A DNA stretch of 64,000 nt from Eutreptiella sp. 'Long Island Sound 2002' (Eukaryota > Protista > Euglenida): positions 100,502,001 through 100,566,000 of the forward strand of contig OZ038378.1 of assembly GCA_964036045.1 (NCBI GenBank). Reading direction: 5' to 3'. Shown in pieces: positions 1 to 12,100 of this stretch; the first letter of the stretch is position 1; the number at the start of each line of letters is the position of its first letter. Below the pieces are notes generated by a model, which was not told the DNA's origin, did not search any database, and worked only from the letters and a program-made list of their open reading frames with translations. Position numbers and translations under genes: made by a program.

Positions 1-20
1 GCCACGACAGATGAGAGTGT

Positions 21-701
21 GTGCGGTCCTTCTCCATCACAAAGCGAGCGGTAGGAGCTTTGCTCCATGACAAGGAAGGCGAGGCCTGGTTGACGATCTC
101 AGTGCATTTTCCAAATGAGCCACAACTGCAGCAGCAGCTGTGGGACCGATTAGCAGCGGTACGCAGGAGCTTGGAGGGCTACCCGTTTCTTTTGCTGTCC
201 GATCACAACTCTATCCCCTTGGTGATGTAGGATGACTTGAACGTGTGGAAAGGAGGGCCGCCAGCGGTGGAATCGCAGGCGATGAAAGAAGCACGCACAG
301 CTGAGGCACGGGTCATGAGTCAACCGGGCCTACTGGATGTGTGGCGCCACATCTACGATGCTGTGGATCACGAGATGGCGGTGGGTGCCACGCGTGGCCA
401 TCGACCAGTTGACAGATTTTTGTTATCGCCCAGCTACGGAGCTTTGCTGGGCAGAGTGTTCAGGATGGGGATTGGCAAGTCAGATTATCGAGCAGTCGCA
501 GTGCGGCTGGTGCCAGAGTGCAGTATGGGAGGTCTGCGCAGGTGGAGGCTGCCGGCGCACTATTTGGGGGATGGAGAGTTCAAGCAGGGAGTACAACGAA
601 TTATGGGAGAAATTTTTGCACTGCGGGGAGTGGAGTGGTGGGATTTTATGCTGGACAGTGTCCAGCAACTGGTGAGGTCGTTGAATCAAGGCAAGAAATG
701 A
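21..701 (+). pseudogene. APE-type endonuclease domain of LINE-A ORF2, interrupted by a stop
   Basis: ORFs 21-230 and 237-701 are in frame: FLLLSDHNSI, HRPVDRFLLS, KSDYRAV. These match the APE/EEP GDFN, RIDxxF and SDH boxes. Confidence 0.85.
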
Positions 702-1133
702 TGGAACTCACATGTGTGTGCGATGCAGGCGGTGCTATGTCAATCGACGATAGAGCATATTTCGCCACTGGAGGAGCACCTCCTGATGAGGGAAGGGGCA
801 CCTACGTCTAACGCAAAGGAGGCGTACAAACGCTTGCAGTACTTGCTGGAGAGGGAGAAGTCTAAAGTCTAGGGGGATGAAGTGCTTTGTCTTTTGCAGA
901 GGGAAGTATCGTTTAATGAGTCGCTAAACGAAACGACGGAGAAATCAAAGCATAGGCAAGCCCAAATAAAAGATCTGTTGCGGCAGATGAAGGAATGCTG
1001 GCAGCTGACTGTCATTAAGTCGGCGCAGGGGGGGCTGCTCACCGACTCCCACGAAGTGGGGCAGGAGCTAGCCAGATTTTGGGGCCGCATAATGGAGCCC
1101 AACGGGGCCTCCAAACAAGAGTGAGACTGCTTT

Positions 1134-1982
1134 TTGGCGGGCAGATCGGGGAGATGGAGCACGATGGGAAGCCTATGTAAAGAATCCACAGTCTCAATGG
1201 CGGAGGAGGCACTGTCCAAGTTGGATCCGAACTCGGCTCCACGAGAAGATGGTATTCCAACGGGATTTTACAAACTACTTCCGAAAGATCTTTCTAGGAG
1301 GATCATGGAGGTCGCGGCAGAGGTGCATGGATCCGGAAATCTGCCACCCCACTGGATGATGGGCATGCTGAGATGCATTCCTAAAGGCCAGGGCAAGATC
1401 TCGGTGGAGGATCATCGTCCAATTACTCTTCTCAACACCGAGGTGAAATGGATCACAGGTATTTTGAAGAAGTCCATGCAGGACCTAATCATGGCCGTGG
1501 TGCCGGCGTCACAAAAAGGCTTTTTTCCGGAACGAGACTCCAAGCCGCACTTATCATCGGTCCATTCTCCTTGGCGAAAGGGAACGTCAGGCATTTGGCT
1601 TAGCCTCGATTTTGCAAAGGCATTGGACAGCACGAATCACGCGCTCCTGGGCGACTTTTTGCTCTTGCTGGGGGTGCAAGAGGCGTGGTGCGAAGTGTTG
1701 CTGGACTTTCTGGGCAGTGAGCCGTTGTTCCTGGTCGGTCCAATGTTGGCACACGCCGTCTTACAGCCAAAATGTGGGATCAAACAGGGCGACACATTGT
1801 CACCGACCCTGTTCTCGTTGTTGACAACGCTCTTGGTGGACGACTTGCAAAAGAAGTGCCCTCAAGCGGTGCCATATCTTTATGCGGACGATACGCGCAT
1901 CTGGATACAAGGCGGGCGCAGACAGGCGCTGGCCAGGCTAAAGCGAGTGAGAGAGGTCCTTTACAAGTATTATCTGGTCTGA
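1134..1982 (+). pseudogene. Reverse transcriptase domain of LINE-A ORF2
   Basis: HRPITLLNTEVK, QKGFFPER, LDFAKALDS, GIKQGDTLSPTLF, LYADD: non-LTR RT motifs in canonical order. Confidence 0.95.
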
Positions 1983-2048
1983 GGGTATAAATTGAATATG
2001 CACAGGTGCAAATTATTACCATAGCGGTCGTCTTTCGAGGAGGCGGAT

Positions 2049-3842
2049 TTGAACAACGAAGGAGAACATCAGGGCATTACACTAGTCGAGCTGGTGGAAT
2101 ATCTAGGCACGTGGCTGGGACATGTCACATTGGACCATCCGTTTGCGAAGCCGGTGAGAGCATCCCGGGACAAGATGGCGTTAATAGCCACGCTACCGCT
2201 TACATTAGCTCATAAGGTGGAGGTCCTGAGGGTGTGGGCCTTCCCTACCCTCTTTTACGCATCCACACTCTTTTATCCCACGGATGTCGTGCGCCGACAG
2301 CTGGATGCGTGCATGCGATGGGCGCTGGAAATTAATTCATGGGGTCTACGAGTGGCACAATTGATGCAGTCAGGGGACAGCGGAGGGGTGTCGCTTGTGT
2401 GTGCTTCGGATTATGCACTGTGGGCGCACTCGCGCTTGTCGGTTGAGTATCTCAGAAAGCCGGGGGCCGTCCACACGGCCCTGTGGGAGGACATGAAACG
2501 GGCCATGACCCGGCAAAGGAAAATCCTGGATACTCGATATCAACAGCTACTCATATGCTGGCATCGCAAGCCCAAACAGGGCACGCCGACGTTGATGACG
2601 TCCGCGGCGGCGTATTCACACTTTGGTAAGGCTATGCAAGGGTTGTGGATTCCACGGAACTGTGTGTGGCGAATACCACTCTGGTGCTCCAAAGCGTTTT
2701 TGACGGCCCAAGGCAGGCCGTACTTCTGCAGAGCGTTGTCCAAGGCGTGCGTGCTGACACTGGGGGACATCATTTCTTCCAGTGGGGATATTCATGCGCA
2801 TCTGCTGGCTAAGGTAGCGAGATCATTCAAAGATCTTTACGAGAGACGGTTGACGCTGATGGCTTCCGCGATCAAGAATGGAATAGCGGTTCAAATACCG
2901 GGCAGAACATTGTCAGAACCGGAGTATTGGCCGATGCGGGAATTATCAGCGGGCTGTGCAGCATTAGCAGAGCCTGAGGGCTGCCATGCCCTGGGAGTTT
3001 GGGAAGTGTTTGCTAAGTTGCGCCTGCCGACCGGGCTGCAAGACTTGGTTCGCAAGGCAATGTGGCGTAGGCTTGAGGTCTCAGTCCGCATGCTGCTATG
3101 CCGTCAGGCACCAACAGCGGTCTGTGCGCTGTGCGGCGCTAGAGAGGTTCCTCCTGATGCGTTGAAGTCCTGCCCCTTTCTAGAGGGGGGGATTGCCTTA
3201 ACCACAGTTTCCTGGTCGCTGCGATTTAACAAGCATGCATGGGTGGACCCTTCGCGCATTTGCTGGGACTTGCCCCAGCTTTCGCTGAGCATGCATGTTC
3301 GTCTTTTCATGTGCGCGTTGCTTTTCGCACGCTGGAAGCATCGTTGTGATGTGGTCTTTGGGCGCGCGCGGCCTGATCCCTCCACGGTGCTGGCCCGGCT
3401 GCACGGTATACTGGGGGCGTGGGCAGCAGAGCACGACCCCTCAATCCCGCGATCCGATATTCTGGAACTCAGGAGACCGGTGTCACTTCGGCTGCAATTT
3501 GAGCAGCTTTGCTGTCGCACAGCGGTTGGGGACATGCCCCTCGAGGCCGGGGTGCCGGCGGTGCGAGCCAGATTTCAGGACAGAGGCTCATTGGTCACAA
3601 CACGCGATCCAACACGCCTGCGGGCATTTGTGCTAAGCCAACCCAAGGGATATGCTGTGCTGTGGGGGGGGGGGGGGGGTCGCCAAGCAGGCGGATGCCA
3701 CACAGGCGGCGATGTCTGCAGAGCATCAACTGCTCCGTGCGATTACGTGGCTGCTAATGACAGTGTCAGGCTGTGCGCCGCTGACTTTTTTCTGCTAGAA
3801 TGCGATTGCTCGGAGCATTCTGACTACCTTCATGTACGATAA
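2049..3842 (+). pseudogene. RT thumb and C-terminal region of LINE-A ORF2 with a degenerate CCHC finger
   Basis: VEYLGTWLG (RT motif 7), SGDSGGVSL, and CALCG...LKSCPFL (copy 2 reads CALCGDREDHHHALKSC). Confidence 0.85.
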
Positions 3843-4807
3843 GCTACTGCAGCCTAATGAGCTTATGCTGAGCAAGGCACGGGGACAGGCATAGGAGGGG
3901 GGGATGCACGCACAAATGCAAGGCAGAGCAATGGTTGTTTTTTTGTGGTGACTGCCAGCAACGGCGGAAATTGCATCGCAGGATATGTTACAAAGCGCCA
4001 TGGCGCATGCCTTGCAGCAACAGCACGTGCAAATGGTGCTGGATTCGACCGTTGAGACTCTGTCATCGGCGGACACGGGTGCAGCCTCGGATTTTCCTTT
4101 GGACTCAGGACCGGTTGCAATGGGGAGTGATGCAAGGATGGGCAGCGAGTCATCCTAGGATTTGTTGTCGTCAGCAATACTCGTTAGTGACTGAGGGACA
4201 ACCTGGCTGTCGGGCCAGTTTGGCCCTTGATCAGTATGATGCGTTTCACATGTTGGACTGTTTTTTTTCTAGGGGGGTGGCCATGAGTGGGAGGCCATGT
4301 CAGTGAGCCCACGGGCGAAGGGGGGCAAGCAAAAGGCAATGAACAGGTAATGATTGGAGAGACATCGAGATGGTTGTTGGGCCAGTTGGGCCTTTGATCA
4401 GTACGATCCGTTTCACATGTTCACTGGTTGGATGTTACACAGTGTGCATAGAGCACGGAGAAACAAGGTAAGCAGGGCAAGCAGGGGACCGTGAACAGAT
4501 GAAGACTGGGGAGTGAGAGCGACGTGGTTGTTGGGCCTGTTGGTCCTTTGATCAGTGTGATATGTTTCACATGCTCACTGGTTGGATGTTACACGGAGTG
4601 CACACTGTGCACAGTGAGGTGAGCAGCGGTCCGGGCGAAGGGCACCTGGTCGAAGGGCGGCGTGAACATTGCAAAGAGAGCGTAGAGATCACAGCCCAGG
4701 GTCCGGGGTCCAGGGTGCGGGGTCCAGGGTCAGGGGAGAAGAACAGAGCATTAAGAGCATTAGGAATGACGACCCCAGTGGAACACGAGCGCAAAGAAAA
4801 TGGATGG

Positions 4808-4952
4808 TACATACATACATACATACATACATACATACATACATACATACATACATACATACATACATACATACATACATACATACATACATACATACAT
4901 ACATACATACATACATACATACATACATACATACATACATACATACATACAT
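4808..4952. repeat. (TACA/CATA)n microsatellite, about 36 units; 3' tail of LINE-A
   Basis: Perfect tetranucleotide run directly after GAAAATGGATGG, followed by (CATAGT)x2-3. Confidence 0.98.
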
Positions 4953-4979
4953 AGTCATAGTCATAGTTATAACTACTTA

Positions 4980-7900
4980 TCATGCCGTCCACTGGAGTTA
5001 CCGGGCATCTCGCAGCGGCAGGTGGTGCCTGCCTTGCTCGATCTCGTTGGTCCTAGGGCTGCTTCAGGTGGCGCACAGCATGACTGATGACCCAGAGGAC
5101 CGGGGATACCGGCCACCCAGGCTTTGGGGGCATTGGCGACTGCGAAGCATTAGCATTAGCAGCGGCGACAGGCGGTGGCCCGTTGGACCGCTGGGGGTAA
5201 AGGGGCAAGGCAGGGCAATGCAGCGGCATAGCAACAAGCAGAAAGCAAGAGTGCATTCTACGGGTGCAACGCGGTAACCAAGTAAAAAAACAGCATGCAT
5301 TCGGCGAAACAAGACCTGGCCCCGTCTCGGTGTCCTTTCCTTTCACCCGTTGGCTGTCCATACCCTCGGACCATGTGCATCTTGCAACCGATAGCGCATA
5401 TGCACAAGTCCAAAGACACACAGCCACGGTTTTTGGGAGGCTCCACCCTAGCCTAGCCCTCAGCCTTCATCGCCCCCTCGTCCGCATCGTTCAGGACACA
5501 TGTACTGCGAGCTCACCTCGCGCCCCTCCCAGTCGGAGCTACAGCATTGTATGTAAGCACACTATATTACTTCATGGCACCAGTAGCTATGAGCCGCACC
5601 CAAGGTGTACCCCCCTCGTACCCCAAATGTATTCAGGACCGGTACCCTCTGTCCAAGACCATGGCCCGAGCTCACCCGTGGTATTTTTACAGGCCCACAT
5701 ATAATATACCATGAGGGTCCACGTGAGGGATGCCGGTCTCCCCGCAGCATGAGAGGCACAACCCGTGAATATCGCTGGCTGAGACTCGGGCTGGTGGGTG
5801 CTGTAGCTTGGTTATCGACCCCCTATAGGGGTACCAACCAGCGGTCCCTCCCGGGCCGTGGTAACCAGGTGCACCTCATCTGGCCCACATATATTGCCTC
5901 GACGCCTGCCCTTGACCCTCACCTGCACTGATTGGCCAGCTCCCGTGGTTGTGCCATCTCCGCCACACCAGCGACCAGGCCACAGGTTCGGCGTCCACTA
6001 ACAACTTGGCATGCCTACTTATAGCATACGCCTGTGCCTCACCCCCTGGACCTCTCATACGGTCTCAGTGCACGACGATACTTCACGTGCCGCTCAGGCA
6101 TGTGCTCCCCATTAAGTCCTGCGGTTTTTGGCCACCGTGTAGGCTACATATATATAGAAAGCTGCTGCTTGCGCGACGTCACACCGCCTTTTCTCACCGC
6201 CGTTGGGCCATACCGCCACACCGCCGCGCCGGCCTACTACCGCAGGTGCTTGTCACCACGTTCATGACCGCCACGGCACTCGGCACCGGTGCCACCCGTG
6301 TCGTGTGAAGAGGTAAGATGGTTAGGCTATGTACACACCCGCATGTGCTGTCCCTCTAGTTTTTTTGAGGGGCCAGGGGATGCCCCAGTATCCCCGTTGA
6401 GTTTTTCCAGAAGTCAAAGGGACAGCCCAGTAAGGCCATGCGTCCCCCAGTACTCCCACCATACCTAACACGGGGCCCGCGAGGGGCCCCTGTACCTCCC
6501 TGAGTTGTCCCCGGGGCCAAGGGACGCGCCTGCACTCCCCGTGATTTCCCCCCGGGGCCCACGGGCGGTCCCAAGGCCTCCTCGGCTCCACCAGTCGTCG
6601 TCCGCTGGCAGCACCCCACACAATCCGCGTCGCCCCGGATGCTTCCGTGGCCCCATGCGCTGCCCGTCTTGCCGAGCTGTCACCCAAGCGACCCCCGTGG
6701 CGTGGGTACAACGATACCAACACATTCATGCAGCCCCCAGTGTAACCTGAGGGTGAAGCACCTTGACTACTGTAACCGGGCCGCCAGTAGAGACTCCGGT
6801 GCTATGGGAATACCCTACAGGGGTTTGGGCCTTATTACCCTGGTTGGGACGACCCCTGACGCCTCACTGCTGTATGCGGCGACCTTGGGAGGCCGGCAAC
6901 GGCTTACGTCTCTAGTTGAACCGCAGGTGCGGAGGCGGCACGGCTCACCATTAGACCGGCACGACCTGTCACATCGCGTTGGCCGTCACACAACGTCCGC
7001 CGTTGCCGCACACATAGGCTCTTAAGAGACCACTTCTCAAAAGCCACCACCGCTTACGCGTCCACCAGGTGGACCACAACCGATCCGTCCACCACCCTTG
7101 CATGTGGTCACACCACATCACCGACGACGCCCGCACCCTCCCTACAAGGTCCTCGGTGATGCCACAGCCATAGCACTCGCGAGTCACCATCTAGCGCAGC
7201 CCACCACAGCAGCAGGGGCAGTGCCGCTGTCGGTTCATCGGGGCACCACAACCCATCCACTCGGACGCCCCGCAAATCGCTATGAATCACCTTCCAGGCA
7301 CTCGACGACAATTGCCTAGAGTGGCGTAGCACTCATCTGGCCTTGGGCCACCCCCTGCCGGCGCGTTCTCGGCACGACCCACAAAGTGGGACAGAGGCAT
7401 ACTGATGCACCCGTACCGGCACAATCTCTCCGCATCCGTGGCACTTTAGAGGGAGCACCGACCGCGATGGGACACATCCGCCTTCACAGCACTGCGACCA
7501 CAGGGCCTGCTACACAACATTGCAATCCTCTTGGTGGTGGAAAAGCGCACCTGCTAGTGCTCGAGCAGTGGCACTACGGAGTAGGCTTCGCCTCGCTTGG
7601 TCCCAGGTGGACACCGGGACAAGAACTAGCTGTCCATCCAATTTCTCCGAGGCGTGCTCGAGTAGGCGGGGCCACCGCAATACCCCAAGACTCTGTTTGC
7701 CGCTCACTAGGAGCCCCCACCCATAGTCCTCCGTGATGTCCCCGATGACACCCACCCCGGCCGGTCGAGGGCTCCGGGCTGACGGCAACCCCCACAGCTG
7801 CAGGCGGCCTTTCAGAGAGCACCGCTGCATGCGTTGTTGGTGTCCAGGTCGTATATCACGCATGATGAGGCCATGTCCACGTTTCCCGAGTGGTTGGCGG

Positions 7901-8135
7901 CGGCGGCGCAGGCCTTTGGCAGGCCGGAAGTAATTGCCCGCCCTGTCCGCCCGCCGGAGGCCAATAAACGCTTTTATGTGTTTATTTGGCCAATTTTCAC
8001 CGTTTTGGCCCCGTTTGGGCTGTTTATTGATGTTTGTTGTTGTTTTTTGTGTTTTTTTGTGTTATTCGGAGGTATTTGAAAGGTTTATGTTGTTTTCATT
8101 GCCTATTGCCTTTTTTGGGGGGCTTTTTTTGTAAT
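4980..8135 (+). mobile_element. Highly degenerate non-LTR retrotransposon (family C)
   Basis: Scattered RT-like motifs across frames: TNQRSLPGRG (Q.GF.PGR), RSGMCSPLSPAVF (G.RQG.PLSP.LF), and an upstream SIPSDHV (APE end). There is a Cys/His cluster near 7790-7850 and a T-rich 3' UTR at 7970-8135. Confidence 0.6.
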
Positions 8136-8321
8136 CTAATTGATCACAGAATTCACTTGTCAGCCCATTTTTCGAGGTGTTCATGAGTGTCGCTACACGG
8201 TCCAACGGTTCGATAGACAATATACAAGGTAGAAACTACAAAGCATAAGATAGAAAGTAGAAAGTATGAAAGGAGAGATAACGAAACGATCCGCGAAGAG
8301 CACTAACGTTGGTAAGTGTAG

Positions 8322-8810
8322 CATTCTTCTCATCTGTACGGAGTTCCTACAAGTCCACGCGTATGGGGTCAAGCTTGTGGAGTAGACGTTCAAGTAGGGG
8401 TTGGGGTTGGAGAAACGCGGTTGCGAGAGCTCCGTAGGCATAACGTCCGGGAAAGGGTCGTGGGCAAGGGTCGGCACACACTTCATCAGTACAAAATTTC
8501 TTGGGTCGAAGCTATACCAAGGGTTCAGGGCCTAGAGGAAAGGGTGGGAATGGGTGCCTCATACAATCTTCTCATTTGTCCCTCTCACTAGCATCCTTTT
8601 ATGCGTCCTGTTTGGGTTCGACGCGCCGACGGAGGTCAATGGGTGCACCTGGACTCCGTTGCCGATGCGGTAGCTCATGTGAAGCGCAGCGGTACGGACA
8701 TCTTTCACACGCAGGTCACCCTGCCGGCAGAGAAAGGGCGTACCAGCAAGGGACGGCAGTCCTCTTTTGAAGATGAGATCCCACATCCAGATCCCACACA
8801 TAACAGCTGA
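8322..8810 (+). pseudogene. Small ORF with a NUMOD1-like helix-turn-helix motif, one in-frame stop
   Basis: PVWVRRADGGQWVHLDSVADAVAHV...SSFEDEIP aligns by eye with the ORF at 50850-51158. The frame is open from 8322 apart from one TAG just upstream of 8601. Confidence 0.45.
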
Positions 8811-9159
8811 TCCCGCGGCGCCACTGCCCGAAGCACTTGCCCCCGTGCTCCCTGTAGAAGACGCTGCAACATACCCGCCTGCCCCACTCTGTGCTGACGT
8901 CTGCGATGCCCCTTGCCCCCCTGCAGGTCGGGCCCTGGTGGGCAACGCGAGCGTTCTTGACCTTGCTTGGGCCGATGCGAAAGGCCCCCCTTGGCCTCCG
9001 GGCATAGTGCCGGCAAGCATGGCCATCGCCTGGTCCCGTTGAGCTCGGTCAGACCCATGATCCCGCAGCAGGTGGTCCAGAGGGTCTCTGGGTTGGAGGT
9101 GGGTGGGCCGGCAGTGCTTGCTGGCTCGCCACGAGCAGCTACCAGCTGCATCCAGCCGG

Positions 9160-12100
9160 GACTAGGGGCAGACGTTGATCTCCTTTGACCCACGCTGCTC
9201 CGTGGCCAGTTCGCCGCCGAAGTGCCGCAGCATGTACCGAATGTTGGTATAACTGCCGTACTGGTTGGAGGGGCTCTTCTTGGGAGGCGGCTTGGGTGCT
9301 GTCTTCGGAACCGGTTTTGCCACGGTGGCCGGGGGGGCCGCAGGCCGAACCGGTGGCACGCCGGGAGGCTGCGGTAGGCGCAGCATCCCCCCCACGGGAA
9401 ACTGCTCCTCCACCCAGCGGCGCCAAGCGTCTGCGAACTTCTCCCGGTCGCCCTCGACCTTTCACGTGGACGTGGAGAACGCCCGGAGCCACGGCCCCAT
9501 GTTCTCCGCCATAACCGGGCGGAGGGCATCTCCTCTGCTCTGCCTGCGGAAGCGCATCGCGGCCGAGCCCACCACGGTCCCCTAGAGCTACAGCGCCGCG
9601 CCTCTGTCGCCACTCAGGGCACCAAGGTGCAGGGACTCCAGGTCGGCGGAGCGGACCGTGAGCGCCGTGCCCTCCCCGCGATCGTACTCACGCAGTGCTG
9701 AGGAGTGAGGCTCCAGCGCCACAACAACACAGCACCACGCCTGCGACCCACTGTGCAGCAGCGTCAGCGAGGCGGCAGACCTGTTGCTGGAGGACTGCGC
9801 TGCTGGTGCCGTGGGGAGCACCGTCGCCTGACCCTGTAGCGCCCTGCACATGGCAGCCGCATGCTCAGCCTGCCACATGTTGCTTGGGGCTACGGGCCAG
9901 ACGTCCTGCCCCTGCACCTTCGGTGGTCGCGTTACCTCCATGAACACAGCCGGCGCTTGTGGGACGTCCCCGGTCGTGCACCTGTGCGCCCTACGCATCG
10001 GGCCCAGTGACCGGAGGCATTCCTTGAACACCCTGTAGCAGGCCGGGCCCCTGGACTGCTGCCTCCTGAGTTGGCACGCGGTGACGACGACCCATTCTAG
10101 CCCCCCTGCTTCCACCCGAACACAGGCCCAATACTCCGACCCTTCCAACACCACCAGCTTCCCCATGTCCGCCATGCCCACCGTATGGGTGGGAGGCACG
10201 CCCTCCACGTGCAACCACGGCTTGGCATTCTCCTCGCACGGCTGGGGGGCATGCATCTGTTGCTGCTGCATCGCATCCTTCATGTGCTGCAGGGAGACCG
10301 TCATCAGCATGGACATCCCCCCATCCGCCGCGGCCATACTCAGCAGGGCCTGCTGCATGCGCGCCCCGGGCGACCCCACGTTGTGCATCATGTCCGCGAC
10401 GTCCAAGGGCGTGCGGGGCGCCGGTAGGGCCTCCAGCACCGTAGCGGGCAACTCCCCCAGCGACGGCAGATGTGCGATGGGCCCCATGTCCCTATTGAAG
10501 ACCACCGCCGCCACCCACCGCCTGTCCAGCGTGGACATGAGGTTGCCCGGCCTCGGCACCGTGAGAAGGGTACCGAGGGCGGACATGAGGGCGCACACGC
10601 CAGAGTCCTTGTTGTTGCCGGCCGGCTGCTGCACCTGCGCCGCCTGGGCCGTCGCCAGCAGGCGCTCTGCACCCGGCCACTCCGCCCTTTGGCCCCTGGG
10701 TGCCATGCGCATCGTCCAGACCGCCACGTCCCAGGTGTGCGGCCACGGGGGCGGGGTCCCTGCCACCAAAGGCCGGTCCAGCGGGTCCACGGTCAACCGC
10801 ATGTCGGGGGCGAGGAGGTGGTGGGCGGTCCAGTGCCGCATGCCCGGCGTTTCCGACCGGTTGAGGTACACGGCCTCCTAGGCGCCCAGCTCGACGTACC
10901 TAGCAATGAGGAGGGCAGCCGGGGTTTGATCATGCCTCTGGCCCTCCCACCCTTCCCTCGGGAGCATCATGGCGTGGGGGGCCAGGCACTGCGCCACATC
11001 GGCGACTGGCGCGACCGCGTCGTCGCTGAGTTCCGCCGTTGGGTCCGCGGCCACCAGGAAGTGCTGCCTAGGCGCGGGCTTGGTCCCGGCGGCGTACAAG
11101 CCTTCCAGGGCGCTCCGCATCTCGGCCGGCGGGGGAGAGGCGTCTCCGCGGTCCCATAGCAAGGGGAGTGTGCCGGCGAGATGCTGTCCTGCTCCCCCTG
11201 ACCAGATGGTGGCCCTAAGGACCGGCAGGTTGCGCCAGATGGCCCGAGCCACCGGATCGCCCTAGGGCTGAGGCCTTTCGGTCCCCCATTGGTGGACAAC
11301 CACCACCACATGCGTGGTCAGGGGCTCCGCTGTGAGCTGTCACGCCACTCCTCCGTTCGTCTCGATCACTGCGCCCCGCGGGGCAGTGAAGACGTGCCCC
11401 CGGGTCCCACGGACGGTTACCCATCCCCCCAAGACCGCCATGGTTTCCCAGCTGGGATGGGGGCCGGACTTCTTGGGCAGGACTACCACCGGTGGGCATG
11501 GGCTGTTGGCGGCCCATACGTGCCACTCCCCTCCCACCAGACGCTCATGGCCGGGGGCCCAGAAAGTCCTGTGCCATGCGTTTGGGAGTTGGCGACGGAC
11601 GGCGGTCAATGCGTCAGCTCCATCAGCCCGTGTGAACTGGAGTCCCTCCACGATGTCTCTTTCCACAAGACTGGGGAGGCGGGCAGTATGAACCTCCAGT
11701 CCCCGCCCCAAGTGTAGTCCTGGCCCCTCTAGATCCCCCAGAAGACGGACCTCCGGGTCCGCAGCTGCAAGCCGGGCCGCCACCGTGGGAAGGTGCAGGG
11801 AGACAATCTACGGCCGGGCTGAGACGGGCTCGCGTGGGAGGTCAGGGCAGGCCGCCAGAACACTGCCATCCCTTGCCCAGTGGAGCGCCCTGTCCCACCA
11901 TTGCGCCCAGGTACCAGGCGCCGTTGGCAGCGACCAGGACAGGTACGTCACGGCTGTCTTAGCCTGCCACTCGTGCGGGTCCATGCCGGCAGAATGTGTG
12001 TGCCACGTGCACATCCATCCCAGGTTGGCCTCCTGGATGGCAACCATGTCCCTCCACGGGACCACCGGGAACGGGGTGAGCAGGGCCGCCATGCCACACG

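Larger units (their letters stand above)
1..4952 (+). mobile_element. Non-LTR retrotransposon (LINE family A), copy 1; 5' end lies outside the window; degenerate
   Basis: APE endonuclease motifs (LLSDHN, KSDYRAV), RT motifs, a CCHC-type finger, a long modular 3' UTR and a (TACA)n tail. Clearly homologous to the copy at 22712-30177. Confidence 0.93.

Noticed and set aside
4562-5277. ORFs with YIHT/MYVC repeats
   Set aside because: Translations of the (CATA)n microsatellite.
8193-9026. Tyrosine recombinase (DIRS-like) suggested by LHMSYRIG on the minus strand
   Set aside because: The required catalytic spacing and other YR motifs are absent, and the opposite strand has the more convincing NUMOD1-like ORF.
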